From assembly GCA_963665115.1 (NCBI GenBank), contig OY762007.1, positions 6,976,001-7,040,000 on the forward strand: a stretch of DNA of 64,000 nucleotides. Direction: 5' to 3'. This DNA comes from an uncultured Rivularia sp. (GTDB taxonomy: Bacteria; Cyanobacteriota; Cyanobacteriia; Cyanobacteriales; Nostocaceae). The position numbers and the translations under genes were made by a program. Shown here in pieces: positions 34,518 to 45,877 of the stretch. The notes under the pieces were generated by a model. The model saw nothing but the letters and a program-made list of their open reading frames with translations, made no database searches and was not told where the DNA came from. Each line of letters starts with the position of its first letter. Position 1 is the stretch's first letter.

Positions 34518-35255
34518 ATGTCTGTTAACTCCAAGTTATACGAAGGAAAAGCCAAGATTCTTTATCAGACAGATGTACCAGAAATCTTACTGGCTGATTT
34601 CAAAGATGATGCGACTGCCTTTAATGCCCAAAAACGAGGCAGCATAAGTAACAAAGGGACAATGAACTGTAGTATTTCTAGCAAATTGTTTCAACAGCTA
34701 GAACAAAACGGTATTAATACTCATTATTTGGATAACCCGAACTCAAACCAAATGCGGGTTAAAGCTGTAAAAATTATTCCCTTGGAAGTAGTTGTGCGGA
34801 ATATAGCCGCTGGAAGCCTTTGCAAGCAAACAGGTTTGGAGTTGGGAACCGTATTAAACAAGCCTTTAGTAGAGTTTTATTACAAAAATGACGAATTAGG
34901 CGATCCATTGTTAACTAAAGAACGTCTACTATTATTAGAACTCGCTAGCCAGGAACAAGTTGAGGAAATTATTCATCTAGCATTGCGAATCAATGATTTT
35001 CTCAAAGGCTTTTTTGGCAAATGTGGCATCACTTTAGTGGACTTCAAGTTAGAGTTTGGTGTGGACTCCCAACAAAAACTACTTCTAGCAGATGAAATTA
35101 GCCCCGATACTTGTCGTTTATGGGACAACTCTAGCAATGACCCCAAAGGCAGGGTTTTAGACAAAGATCGCTTTCGACAAGATTTAGGGAATGTGGAAAA
35201 TGCTTACCAAGAAGTTTTAGAAAGAGTGTTAAAAACAGTAGAAGCAAATGTCTAG
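34518..35255 (+). CDS. purC: SAICAR synthase
   Basis: LYEGKAK, FKDDATAFN, EVVVRNIAAGS, LVDFKLEFG, ADEISPDTCRLWD. Confidence 0.98.
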   Translation: MSVNSKLYEGKAKILYQTDVPEILLADFKDDATAFNAQKRGSISNKGTMNCSISSKLFQQLEQNGINTHYLDNPNSNQMRVKAVKIIPLEVVVRNIAAGSLCKQTGLELGTVLNKPLVEFYYKNDELGDPLLTKERLLLLELASQEQVEEIIHLALRINDFLKGFFGKCGITLVDFKLEFGVDSQQKLLLADEISPDTCRLWDNSSNDPKGRVLDKDRFRQDLGNVENAYQEVLERVLKTVEANV

Positions 35256-35376
35256 TTAACTAGATTTTGTTTGATGTCATGAGTTATGACTGTTCTTGAC
35301 AAATAACTATTGACTGATGACAAATGATTATCATGTTGAACGATGGTGTGTGGAAGTGAATAGGAATCTAAATAAA

Positions 35377-37689
35377 ATGCGCTTATCTCCCTTTTTAGTG
35401 GCGGTGATGGCTTTTGCAACGACCTTGGGAGTTTCGCCAAGTGCAAATGCACAAACTGTCAATACCTCTAAAGACTTACAAAATATCAAAGCAGCGAGCA
35501 TCGATGGAAAAGATGAATCCGTCGGAGTATCGCGGAAATCTTCAGATGCACAAAAGTTGCAAGTAGTTATACCAACTTCTAAATCGACAACTGCACAAAA
35601 TACTCCCCAAATTCCCCCACCAAATAATTTACCCGAGGATAGCGAAGAACCAGCACCAGAACTAACTCCTGCTGATGTTCCCTCCACTCAGCCGCAAATT
35701 CCTCCAACCGAAAATAACCAAGCCCCAGTACAGCCAAGAATAAATCCTTTAGAACAGCAGCAGCAACCGCAGCAACCGCAGCAACCGCAACAATTTCAGG
35801 CTCCAGGAACGCAACAACAGCAACAGCCAACAGCAGATGAAACCCGCGTATTAGTATCGGAAGTGTTGGTAAGGGCGGAAAGCGGACAATTAACACGAGA
35901 ATTGCAAGAACAAGTTTATCGAGTTATTCGCACTCAACCCGGACGCACTACAACCCGTTCGCAATTACAAGAAGATATTAACGCTATTTTTGGAACTGGT
36001 TTTTTCTCTAACGTTCAAGTAGCACCCGAAGATACACCATTGGGAGTCCGGGTAAGCTTTGTAGTTCAACCCAACCCGGTTCTGCAAAAAGTACAAATAG
36101 ATGCGAATCCCGGCGCTAACGTTCCCTCCGTACTACCGGAAAAAGAAGTTAATGAAATATTTAGCAAGCAGTACGGTCAAATTCTCAACTTGCGGGAGTT
36201 GCAAGAAGGCATCAAACAGCTAGTTAAAAAGTATCAAGACCAAGGTTACGTACTGGCTAACGTCATTGGAGCGCCTCAAGTATCTCCCGACGGAGTAGTT
36301 ACTCTACAAGTCGCTGAAGGTTTGGTCGAAGACATTCGAGTTCAATTTCGTAGCAAAGATGGTGAAGCTACTAACGAAGACGGGGAACCCGTAAAAGGAA
36401 GAACCCGACCATATATTGTTGAGCGAGAATTGCAACTCAAACCGGGACAAGTATTTAACCGCAATTTGGTACAAAGAGACTTGCAGCGGGTCTTTGGATT
36501 GGGTTTATTTGAAGATGTCAACGTTGCCCTCGATCCCGGTGAAGACCCCAGTAAAGTAGATGTAATCGTAAACGTAGTAGAACGGAACAGCGGTTCTATC
36601 GCCGCAGGTGCCGGTGTTAGTTCTGCTAGCGGACTATTTGGTACTATTAGCTACCAAGAGCAAAACCTCAACGGTAGAAACCAAGACTTAGGAGCAGAAC
36701 TACAGGTAGGAGCGCGGGAATTGTTGTTCGATGTCCGCTTTACAGACCCCTGGATAGCAGGCGACCCTTTCCGTACTTCTTATACAGTAAACGCTTTCCG
36801 TCGTCGGTCAATTTCGTTGATTTTTGACGGAGACGATGAAGAAATTGAGACATTCGATTTAGACGACCCCAGTGGCAATGACGACGCACGCGATCGCCCT
36901 CGTGTTGTCCGTACTGGTGGTGGCGTAAACTTTACTCGTCCTCTAAATAAAAATCCTTATAAAAAATCGGAATGGGTAGCTTCTGCTGGTTTACAGTATC
37001 AAAGAGTTAACATCACCGATGGAGACGGGGATACAAGAGAAAGAGGTGCTATTTTTGATGGTGACAACATAGATTCGCGGCAAATTGAACTTAGCGCTTC
37101 TGGAGACGGTAGAGATGATTTGTTTCTCCTCAAACTTGGAGCATCTCGCGATAAGCGAAACAACCCATTGCAACCAACTAAAGGTTCCTTTTTACGTCTT
37201 GGTGTAGATCAGTCGGTACCTATCGGACAAGGTACTATTGCCATGACAAAGTTGCGTGGTAGCTACAGTCAATACATACCTGTAGACTTAACCAATTTTA
37301 CTAAAGGAGCCGAAACCCTAGCTTTTAACGTTCAAGCAGGAACAGTTTTAGGTGACTTACCTCCTTATGAAGCTTTTTCATTAGGTGGTAGTAACTCAGT
37401 CCGTGGTTATGACGAAGGTGCATTAAGCAGCGGACGTAGTTATGTAGAAGCATCTGTTGAGTATCGCTTCCCACTATTCTCAGTACTTAGCGGTGCATTA
37501 TTCGTTGACGTTGGTAGTGACTTAGGAACCACAACCGAACCAGCAGAAGTACTTAATAAAAACGGTACTGGAGTCGGTTACGGTCTTGGCGTAAGGGTAC
37601 AGTCACCACTCGGCCCAATTCGGATTGACTACGGACTCAACGATGATGGAGACAGCCGAATTAACTTTGGTATTGGGGAAAGGTTTTAA
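35377..37689 (+). CDS. bamA: Omp85/BamA outer membrane protein assembly factor
   Basis: Signal peptide, P/Q-rich linker, POTRA domains, LGGSNSVRGY, SPLGPIRIDYG, terminal GERF. Confidence 0.93.
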   Translation: MRLSPFLVAVMAFATTLGVSPSANAQTVNTSKDLQNIKAASIDGKDESVGVSRKSSDAQKLQVVIPTSKSTTAQNTPQIPPPNNLPEDSEEPAPELTPADVPSTQPQIPPTENNQAPVQPRINPLEQQQQPQQPQQPQQFQAPGTQQQQQPTADETRVLVSEVLVRAESGQLTRELQEQVYRVIRTQPGRTTTRSQLQEDINAIFGTGFFSNVQVAPEDTPLGVRVSFVVQPNPVLQKVQIDANPGANVPSVLPEKEVNEIFSKQYGQILNLRELQEGIKQLVKKYQDQGYVLANVIGAPQVSPDGVVTLQVAEGLVEDIRVQFRSKDGEATNEDGEPVKGRTRPYIVERELQLKPGQVFNRNLVQRDLQRVFGLGLFEDVNVALDPGEDPSKVDVIVNVVERNSGSIAAGAGVSSASGLFGTISYQEQNLNGRNQDLGAELQVGARELLFDVRFTDPWIAGDPFRTSYTVNAFRRRSISLIFDGDDEEIETFDLDDPSGNDDARDRPRVVRTGGGVNFTRPLNKNPYKKSEWVASAGLQYQRVNITDGDGDTRERGAIFDGDNIDSRQIELSASGDGRDDLFLLKLGASRDKRNNPLQPTKGSFLRLGVDQSVPIGQGTIAMTKLRGSYSQYIPVDLTNFTKGAETLAFNVQAGTVLGDLPPYEAFSLGGSNSVRGYDEGALSSGRSYVEASVEYRFPLFSVLSGALFVDVGSDLGTTTEPAEVLNKNGTGVGYGLGVRVQSPLGPIRIDYGLNDDGDSRINFGIGERF

Positions 37690-37690
37690 G

Positions 37691-37868
37691 AGTAGGGAGT
37701 AGGGAGTAGGGAGTAGGGAGTAGGGAGTAGGGAGTAGGGAGTAGGAAGTTAGGAGTAGGGAGTAGGGAGTAGGAAGTTAGGAGTAGGGAGTAGGGAGTAG
37801 GAAGTTAGGAGTAGGGAGTAGGGAGTAGGGAGTAGGAAGTAGGAAGTAGGGAGTTAGGAGTAGGGAGT
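37691..37868. repeat. Heptamer STRR tract (AGTAGGG)n with AGGAAGTT variants
   Basis: About 25 tandem units directly after bamA, followed by (CCCAATT)n at about 37933-37970. Confidence 0.95.
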
Positions 37869-38138
37869 GGCAAGTAACAAGTAGTGAAGAACGTTTTGTT
37901 TTCTCCCACTTTCCTCAATCCTCCTATCTCACAATTCCCAATTCCCAATTCCCAATGCCCAATTTCCCATTATTCTGTTTTCCGTTTATCTTGCCAATTT
38001 TTACTTTTACTTCAATACTATTACCTAAAGCATCGCTTCTGAGAATCTGAGATGTTGTTGTTCGTATGACTACTTTTTATACATAATTAATACAATATTT
38101 TTCGATATTTATACTCTAAGTATATAAAAGGGTGCCTT

Positions 38139-38990
38139 ATGCAACAGCGTACAATAGCCTCCTCAATCAATCAAACAGGAACTGGGTTACACAGTGGGAT
38201 AATTACTAACGTCAGCATAGTACCAGCAAGACCGGGAAGCGGACGCTATTTTGTGCGTGTAGATTTGCCTGATGCTCCGACTATTCCAGCGTCGATCGGA
38301 ATGGTCAGTCAGACGGTTCTCTCGACTCAATTAAAGCACGGTGAAGCCAGCGTTCGTACTGTGGAGCATTTGTTGGCTTCTTTGGCTGGTATGGGGGTAG
38401 ATAATGCCCGTATTGAAATTGATGGCCCGGAAGTACCGCTTTTAGATGGTTCGGCACGAATATGGGCGGAGAATATACGATTAGTCGGTACGGTAGAGCA
38501 AGATTCTGCTGTTTCTGAAAACGCTTTATGTTTGGAAGAACCTATTTGGGTACGTGACGAAGATGCTTTTGTTAGTGCTATACCAGCACCACAAACTCGT
38601 TTTAGCTACGGAATTGATTTTGACTTACCGGCTATTGGTAATCAATGGCACAGTTGGGAGTCTACCGTTGAGCTGCAAAACTCCTATGATAGCTTCGTTA
38701 CAGAAATCGCTCCAGCCCGGACATTTGGTTTAATGCATCAAATAGAACATTTAAAAACATCCGGATTAATTAAAGGTGGAAGCCTAGAAAATGCCCTTGT
38801 ATGTGGCCCAGATGGCTGGGTTAATCCACCACTACGATTTCCAAATGAACCTGTACGTCATAAAATCTTGGATTTAGTAGGAGATTTAAGTTTATTAGGA
38901 ATTTTCCCCCGCGCTCACTTCTTAGCTTACAAAGCCAGCCACAATTTACATATTCAACTGGCAAAAAGAATCTTAGAATTGAGAGTTTAG
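38139..38990 (+). CDS. lpxC: UDP-3-O-acyl-GlcNAc deacetylase
   Basis: [41 protein letters not shown]. Confidence 0.97.
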   Translation: MQQRTIASSINQTGTGLHSGIITNVSIVPARPGSGRYFVRVDLPDAPTIPASIGMVSQTVLSTQLKHGEASVRTVEHLLASLAGMGVDNARIEIDGPEVPLLDGSARIWAENIRLVGTVEQDSAVSENALCLEEPIWVRDEDAFVSAIPAPQTRFSYGIDFDLPAIGNQWHSWESTVELQNSYDSFVTEIAPARTFGLMHQIEHLKTSGLIKGGSLENALVCGPDGWVNPPLRFPNEPVRHKILDLVGDLSLLGIFPRAHFLAYKASHNLHIQLAKRILELRV

Positions 38991-39100
38991 ATTTTTAGAT
39001 TGGAAAACTAGTCTAAAATCCCTACATCGCTGAGGAATGTTCTTTTGTAGTAATCGTCTACTCTCAATACCTGTCGAAAAAATTCAACCCAATAAACCAA

Positions 39101-39628
39101 ATGTCAATTGTTACCGAAGTTAATACCAACAAAGCGAACGTGCCAGCATCTACTGAAGAGAAATCGGATGATAAGGCAACCACAACGGAGAGCAAAACAA
39201 TTTTTACGGTAGAAGAAATCCAGAAACTGCTACCGCATCGCTATCCTTTTGCATTGGTTGATAGAATTACCAACTATGTTCCCGGAAAGCAAGCCGTTGG
39301 CCTCAAAAATGTTACTTTTAACGAACCTCATTTCCAAGGGCATTTTCCCGGACAGCCTATTATGCCCGGCGTACTAATTGTTGAGGCGATGGCACAAGTC
39401 GGTGGTGTCGTAATGACTCAACTACCGGAGTATGAAGGCGGACTTTTTGTATTTGCTGGCATTGATAAAGTACGTTTTCACCGTCAAGTAGTTCCAGGAG
39501 ATCAACTCGTAATGACCTTGGAACTGTTGTGGGTTAAGCGTCGTCGTTTTGGTAAGATGCAAGGTCGCGCCGAAGTAGACGGTCAGCTCGCAGCCAAAGG
39601 CGAATTAATGTTTTCTCTTGTTAATTGA
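39101..39628 (+). CDS. fabZ: 3-hydroxyacyl-ACP dehydratase
   Basis: [33 protein letters not shown]. Confidence 0.98.
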   Translation: MSIVTEVNTNKANVPASTEEKSDDKATTTESKTIFTVEEIQKLLPHRYPFALVDRITNYVPGKQAVGLKNVTFNEPHFQGHFPGQPIMPGVLIVEAMAQVGGVVMTQLPEYEGGLFVFAGIDKVRFHRQVVPGDQLVMTLELLWVKRRRFGKMQGRAEVDGQLAAKGELMFSLVN

Positions 39629-39824
39629 GAAATACGATTAGTGAGTAAAGGCACATATCAATAGTGCCTTTACTGAATTCTGATTTATTAGAATATCAGT
39701 AAAAAACAAGTCACTATAGTATAGTAAAAATTCCGAATTTTCGCTGCCCTTACAATAATTGTTGCTTTCGGCTACTTAATACTTAAATTACTCGTGCCGC
39801 GCAAACTGTTCTGGAGATGCACCC

Positions 39825-40620
39825 TTGAAGACACTTATTCACCCAACTGCCGTAATTAATCCTAAAGCGCAATTGCACCCAACCGTTAAAGTTGGTGCTT
39901 ATGCAACAATTGAGGGAGACGTAAAAGTCGGCCCGGAAACGATTATCGGTTCTCATGCAGTGCTTGAAGGGGCCTCTGGAAATAGGAGCGCGAAATCGGA
40001 TTTTTGCAGGTGCCGTTATTGGTTCGGAACCTCAAGATTTAAAGTTTGCTGGGGAACTTAGTAAGGTTAAGATTGGCGACGATAACAGTATTCGAGAATA
40101 CGTTACTATCAATCGCGCTACTGGTGCGGGTGAAGAAACTCGCATTGGTAACGGCAATTTATTAATGGCTTACGTGCATATAGGGCACAACTGCGTTCTG
40201 GAAGATTCTGTAGTAATTGCTAATTCAGTCGCGCTAGCAGGTCATGTATATATAGAGTCTCGTGCAAGACTAAGTGGTGTTTTAGGCGTTCATCAGTTCG
40301 TACATATTGGTGCGCGGGCAATGGTAGGAGGTATGGCACGCATCGATCGCGATGTACCACCATATATGTTGGTAGAAGGAAATCCCGCACGCATTCGTAC
40401 CCTTAACTTAATTGGACTCAAACGCGCCGGTTTTTCTACTGAAGAATTACAAATTCTCAAAAAAGCCTTCCGCATTCTCTACCGTTCCGATATAACATTC
40501 AAAGAAGCCATAGAGAAACTAGAATTCTTAGGCGATACAGAACATTTAAAACATTTACGTAGATTTTTATTACTATCTCAAATGCCCGGAAGACGTGGTT
40601 TAATTCCCGGTAGAGAGTGA
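39825..40620 (+). CDS. lpxA: Acyl-ACP--UDP-GlcNAc O-acyltransferase, split by a +1 frameshift at 39969-39972
   Basis: IHPTAVI hexapeptide repeats; removing one G restores VLEGPLEIG, then [26 protein letters not shown]. Confidence 0.95.
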
Positions 40621-40818
40621 ATTGGGAATTGGGCATGGGGGATTGGGCATGCAAATATTTAAGAGTTAGGAGTTAGGAGTTAAGAGTTAAGAATTTAATA
40701 GATTTTGAGTTTAGTTTATTAGTTAAATATTGATAATTTCTACCCCCTCTTCCCCCTCTTCCCCCTCTCCCCCCTCTCTTCTATGCCCAATGCCCATTAC
40801 CGAATTTCCAAATTATAA

Positions 40819-41988
40819 ATGCGAATATTTATTAGTACTGGCGAAGTGTCAGGTGATTTACAAGGTTCACTTTTAATTACTGCGCTCAAAAATCAAGCCG
40901 CTTCATCTGGATTGGAATTAGAAATTGTGGCTTTGGGTGGCGAGAAGATGGCCGCTGCTGGCGCAACTTTGATCGGAAATACTACTTCTATTGGCTCCAT
41001 CGGACTTTTAGAATCTTTGCCTTTTGTACTGCCAACTTTAAAAATACAGCGGCAGGCGATCGCCTTTTTAAAAAAATATCCCCCAGATTTAGTGGTATTT
41101 ATCGACTATATGGGAGGGAATCTGCCGATGGGTAAATACATCCACCGTCATATGCCGCAGGTGCCAACGGTTTACTATATTGCACCTCAAGTTTGGGTTA
41201 CTTCTATTGGGGAAAAAGATACACAGCAAATCATAAAAATTAGCGATAAAATACTAGCTATATTTCCTGAAGAAGCTCGTTATTTTCAAAATAAAGGTGC
41301 TGATGCAACTTGGGTTGGACATCCTTTAATAGATAGAATGCAAAGTTTTCCCACGAGAGTTGCAGCGCGTGCAAAATTGGGAATTGCTGATGATGTTACT
41401 TGCGTCGCACTTGTACCAGCTTCCCGTTCCCAAGAAGTAAAGTATTTAGTGCCAGTCATATTTGAAGCAGCTAGGGAAATCCAAAATAAAATGCCACAAG
41501 TACATTTTTGGATTCCCTTGTCTATGGAAAGATATAAAGAAGAAATAGAAAAACAAATACAAAAGTATCAATTAAGAGCAACTGTTATATCCAGTCAACA
41601 GAAAGAAGTATTAGCTGCTGCGGATTTAGCAATTACCAAATCAGGTACCGTAAATTTAGAATTAGCATTATTAAATGTTCCACAGGTAGTTTTATATCGT
41701 TTACATCCTTTTACCTACTGGGTTGGGAGAAACATACTAAAAATTAAATTTTCCTATGCTTCCCCACCGAACTTATTAGTAATGAGGGAAATTTTACCCG
41801 AATTTATTCAAGAAACAGCCACATCCGAGAATATTGTGGAAGCAGCGATGGAATTTTTATTAAACGAACAGCGACAGCAGAAAATGAAAGCTGATTATCA
41901 AGATATGCAGCAGTTTGTAGGAGAAATTGGAGTTTGCGACAGAGCTGCGAAGGAGATTTTAAATTTGGGCATAGGGGATAGCGCATAG
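40819..41988 (+). CDS. lpxB: Lipid-A-disaccharide synthase
   Basis: STGEVSGDLQG, YIAPQVW, WVGHPL, PASRSQE, KSGTVNLE. Confidence 0.96.
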   Translation: MRIFISTGEVSGDLQGSLLITALKNQAASSGLELEIVALGGEKMAAAGATLIGNTTSIGSIGLLESLPFVLPTLKIQRQAIAFLKKYPPDLVVFIDYMGGNLPMGKYIHRHMPQVPTVYYIAPQVWVTSIGEKDTQQIIKISDKILAIFPEEARYFQNKGADATWVGHPLIDRMQSFPTRVAARAKLGIADDVTCVALVPASRSQEVKYLVPVIFEAAREIQNKMPQVHFWIPLSMERYKEEIEKQIQKYQLRATVISSQQKEVLAAADLAITKSGTVNLELALLNVPQVVLYRLHPFTYWVGRNILKIKFSYASPPNLLVMREILPEFIQETATSENIVEAAMEFLLNEQRQQKMKADYQDMQQFVGEIGVCDRAAKEILNLGIGDSA

Positions 41989-42091
41989 GGCATTGGAGAT
42001 AGTTAAGAATTAGGAGTTAGGAGTTGATTTGGAATTATTTTTCCTTGTTTCCCCATGCCCAATGACCAATGCCCAATGCCCCATTTCACCA

Positions 42092-43096
42092 TCATGTCCA
42101 AGCGCGGAAAAAATTGCCATCTTCCCAAATTCCAGCTACTTGCTTTTCGATTGCAACTAATTGTTTATTATCTAATTTCTGAAAACTTCTCGCTACATTT
42201 ACGTTTTCTTCTAATTGTTTGATATTCTCTGCGGCAACTATGCAGCAATGTACTCCTTGTTGAGATAAGCTGTAACCTAAAGCTTGCTGCATCCCGGATA
42301 ATCCACCGGGTTTGAATAAGCGTCCGTAAGCAGGTACTTTCATGGCAGTTACGCCGACGTTTTTCTCTCGCGCTACTGGTAAAACTACGGGAAGAAAAGG
42401 ACGAGGATGATATTTATCGGCTGCATTTACGGGAATTAAGGTGTGATCGAAAGGATAGCGACGCAACCCGTCGGCAATGATGTCAGGCTCGTGATGTCCG
42501 GTAATTCCTGCAAAACGGATGAGTTTTTGCTGCTTTGCTTCTTCTATAGCTTTGATTGCACCTGAATTAGAAAATATCGTATCAAGTTCTTCGGAGAAAG
42601 AAACATGATGCAATTGCCATAGATCGAGATAATCTACGTTTAATCGTTTTAAACTTTTCTCTAATTCTCTCCAAGCACCATCTCTATCTCTAGCGGCTGT
42701 TTTACTTGCTAAAAAGATTTTTTTTCGGTGGGGTGGAAGTACTTTCCCCAAATAATCTTCACTTGGGCCATAACTTGCAGCTGTATCAAAATAGGTGATG
42801 CCAAGTTGCAATGCTTTTTCAATTTGTGCTACGGCATCTCTTTCTGCTTCCTTCCGAGATAGTGGCGTTTGCCCCGCGCCACCCAAACCGAAGATAGGAA
42901 CTTTTACACCTGTTTTACCTAAAATTTGTTCTGGCATTTTTGCAGGTGGTGCAGCATTGCTAGAGGTGTTTTGCTTTTGTGCAATAGATACAGCATTGCT
43001 AGAGGTGTTTTGCTGTAAAGAGTTGCATCCGACAATACCGCCAGCAACAGCCGCACTGGTAATTAAGAAGTCACGCCGCGTGGTTTTATCTGACAT
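42092..43096 (-). CDS. Aldo/keto reductase with twin-arginine lipoprotein-type signal
   Basis: TRRDFL...GIVGC, then LGKTGVKV, FDTAASYG, FLASK, DYLDLWQLH. Confidence 0.88.
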   Translation of the reverse strand: MSDKTTRRDFLITSAAVAGGIVGCNSLQQNTSSNAVSIAQKQNTSSNAAPPAKMPEQILGKTGVKVPIFGLGGAGQTPLSRKEAERDAVAQIEKALQLGITYFDTAASYGPSEDYLGKVLPPHRKKIFLASKTAARDRDGAWRELEKSLKRLNVDYLDLWQLHHVSFSEELDTIFSNSGAIKAIEEAKQQKLIRFAGITGHHEPDIIADGLRRYPFDHTLIPVNAADKYHPRPFLPVVLPVAREKNVGVTAMKVPAYGRLFKPGGLSGMQQALGYSLSQQGVHCCIVAAENIKQLEENVNVARSFQKLDNKQLVAIEKQVAGIWEDGNFFRAWT

Positions 43097-43357
43097 GATT
43101 GGGGGTGAAATTGCTTTGTTGATATTATTTTAGCGATAATAGCTAGATGGAATTATAAATAGCGGTTTTTCCGTACAAAAGTATATTAATTAAATAGTAG
43201 GAAAGAGGGAACAGGGAATGGGGAATAGGAAACAGAAGAAATATACGAAAAATAATGAATTAATTTAAAAATCCAAATTTAATTCATTTAAGATCAAAAA
43301 TACCCTTGGTATTTTATTTAAAAAAAAGATAATTCAAAACCTAAAATCTCAAATCGA

Positions 43358-44230
43358 ATGACTATTTTACAATCTAATCAAGCATTAGCCGTTAATCTTC
43401 CTCTTCAATATCTTCAAGCAATAAGACTAACTCATGCTTTAATGGAATCGGACTATATTGTACATATTCTAGAAGAACATCAAGACAAGTTTTCTCGTTT
43501 AAAAGAGATTTTTAATCTGGAATATAAACTCGGCGTTGAAGAAGTACCAATATTAAATGCTGTTAAATTTAACCATACTAATCCAAGTTCGCAAATAGGT
43601 TCTCTCGAACGAACCTTGATTTTTCCCAAAGCAGGTTTTGATTATTGCCGTAATCTTTGGCTTGATAAGCGTAATATTAAAATTTGTTTTGCTGGGTTAG
43701 TTACTGAAAAACGAAAAAATACTTTAGAGAAATGGTTTAAAAATAATTTTCCAAGTTCTCTTTTTAAACTTCCTACGAAAGAAAGTTTTATAATTCGTTT
43801 AGGAAATAAATTGCTAAGACAGTTAAATTTACCTGTTTTACCAAGCACTTATAAAACAGAATTAAATGGAGTCGTATTTTGGTCATCTAATCGCGGACGA
43901 GTTTTTCCGCTAAAGGCTTGGGATGAAGAATATTTTCGCTTATTAGCCGATTCTCAATTTGTGCTTTGTCCGAGTGGCAATTATGTTTGGACTTATCGAT
44001 TTTTTGAATCTATTATGTGTGGTGCAATTCCGATTATCGAAAAACATTGTCCTGCTTATAAAGGATTTCGTTATTTCACTATGGATGATTCTATTTCAAA
44101 CTTGAAATGGTCTGAGGAAGATGTAATTTATAATTATCAATTATGTTTTGAGCGTTTAACTGTTTCTTTAGAAGAATTGAATTGGGAAATAGAGAAAATA
44201 TTATCTGCTTCGTTTTTGTCAGAAGATTAG
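43358..44230 (+). CDS. Exostosin (GT47)-like glycosyltransferase domain protein
   Basis: SQFVLCPSGNYVWTYRFFESIMCGAIPII motif; AT-rich gene. Confidence 0.7.
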   Translation: MTILQSNQALAVNLPLQYLQAIRLTHALMESDYIVHILEEHQDKFSRLKEIFNLEYKLGVEEVPILNAVKFNHTNPSSQIGSLERTLIFPKAGFDYCRNLWLDKRNIKICFAGLVTEKRKNTLEKWFKNNFPSSLFKLPTKESFIIRLGNKLLRQLNLPVLPSTYKTELNGVVFWSSNRGRVFPLKAWDEEYFRLLADSQFVLCPSGNYVWTYRFFESIMCGAIPIIEKHCPAYKGFRYFTMDDSISNLKWSEEDVIYNYQLCFERLTVSLEELNWEIEKILSASFLSED

Positions 44231-44355
44231 TAGAAAAAAACGCAGAGAGAAGGCAGTGCGTTGCGGAGGAACACGACCGTTGTAGTAACTGCCGTGCGGA
44301 GAGCGCAGAGGAAAGAAATAAAGAGAGAGATAGCTAATTTTATTTTAGTAAAAAT

Positions 44356-44419
44356 GGTGCGTGACGCTATGAGTCTTTTTAATAAGCAGATAATTTGATA
44401 AAAGCGTCACACATCCTAC
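44356..44419. repeat. Second copy of the GGTGCGTGACGC...GCGTCACACATCCTAC element
   Basis: Matches 21510-21576. Confidence 0.75.
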
Positions 44420-44428
44420 GATTGTAAA

Positions 44429-45517
44429 TTAATCAGCTTTACTAACTTGTTTCTCTGCTCTATTTAACTTTTTCTGATATTTGCCAATTTTCTGTTCGGC
44501 AACTATAAAATTAGGGCTTTCTGGTGGTACAGTTTGCATTAATATCATTGCAGCTTTCCATTTACCTGCAACTTTTTCCCAATCTTCTTTAGAGGTTGCT
44601 AATTCTTCGGAAGATGCTGCACTATTCGCAAGGGTTAATGCTTCGCTAAAAGAGCTACCCTGAGATGATAGTTTTGCTACCTGAGTATTGACTACTTTTG
44701 TTTCTGTACTAATTATTTCTTGAATTTGTTCTCCGAAGTTTCCCGATGATATGCTTTGTTGAACGTCGGGTAAGGTGAAAAACATATACATCCATGCACC
44801 GACTAAGCTAAGAACAAATATATTCAGAAATGTCTTTGATTTTGTTTGTTTTTTAACTACAACGGTATCTTCAGAAGCTTTTTTAGTAGTATCGCTAGTG
44901 TTGACTACAGTTGTTGAAATGATTTCATCATCTTCAATATCAACTTGTTTTGATTGACTTTTAGCAGTATCTAATCGATCTACATCGCTGTCAACAAGAC
45001 GCACTTTAAATAAATATGCAACTTGATAAAATACAGCGGCGCATAAAATCCATACGGCAGCAAATGCTAATCTTAAATTACTAGGGTTTTCTGCATATGT
45101 TGCAGCTATTTTCGTGTAGTTTAGCTTGAATAATGGTAAGAAAGGCGTACAAATTAAAGTTGCTATCAGCGTGGATAAAATAATTACCAACCAACTATAT
45201 AAACTTTCCCACCAGCTAAATAATCCGGGAAAAATTCCGGAAGTCGCGTTTATTCTCTCTCCTGGAATCGGAGACATAAAACGACTGAGAAATAAGTGGT
45301 GAAAAAGTGCGATCGCCGGTATGGGCAAAATTAAAAATAATATGACAATTACAGTCAATTGTTCGGGAGTGTTAGACCATTTAGGTAAATTGTAAAGTGA
45401 ATCCGCATAGCGTCTGAGGATACCTAAAAATGTACCCATCAACACGGACAACATTAAGGCACTTAACCAAGCATTTGGATAGGGAATCCATACGGGCAAT
45501 GATGGCACTCGTTTCAT
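44429..45517 (-). CDS. Hypothetical membrane protein
   Basis: About five TM segments; C-terminal helical domain DWEKVAGKWKAAMILMQTVP. Confidence 0.7.
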   Translation of the reverse strand: MKRVPSLPVWIPYPNAWLSALMLSVLMGTFLGILRRYADSLYNLPKWSNTPEQLTVIVILFLILPIPAIALFHHLFLSRFMSPIPGERINATSGIFPGLFSWWESLYSWLVIILSTLIATLICTPFLPLFKLNYTKIAATYAENPSNLRLAFAAVWILCAAVFYQVAYLFKVRLVDSDVDRLDTAKSQSKQVDIEDDEIISTTVVNTSDTTKKASEDTVVVKKQTKSKTFLNIFVLSLVGAWMYMFFTLPDVQQSISSGNFGEQIQEIISTETKVVNTQVAKLSSQGSSFSEALTLANSAASSEELATSKEDWEKVAGKWKAAMILMQTVPPESPNFIVAEQKIGKYQKKLNRAEKQVSKAD

Positions 45518-45877
45518 AGGGAATACTCTGTGTATTAAGATTATGAACTTATGTAAATGGTTGCTGCCCTAAATACTGTTAAAAAATGGAAAGTTATCTT
45601 TACAGGCAAGTTAAGGAAAAATTATTTCCTATGTGTCAAGCTTGCTCTAATATCTAATCGTGCTTATAAATTAACTAAAAGGCTTATCTTTGCATAAAAG
45701 CATACAGTTTCTCAAGTATCAAGTTATAGATATTAAAAAAAATTTATCAAGCTAATTGCTTGATCTAAGGTAAAGTATATCTAATTCGGTGTTCGAGCCT
45801 TGCTCTAATTAATAGAATTTGCTTTCAATACAAAGTCTCACGACTTTTCAGGGATGTCATAATTAAAAAAATAGAGT

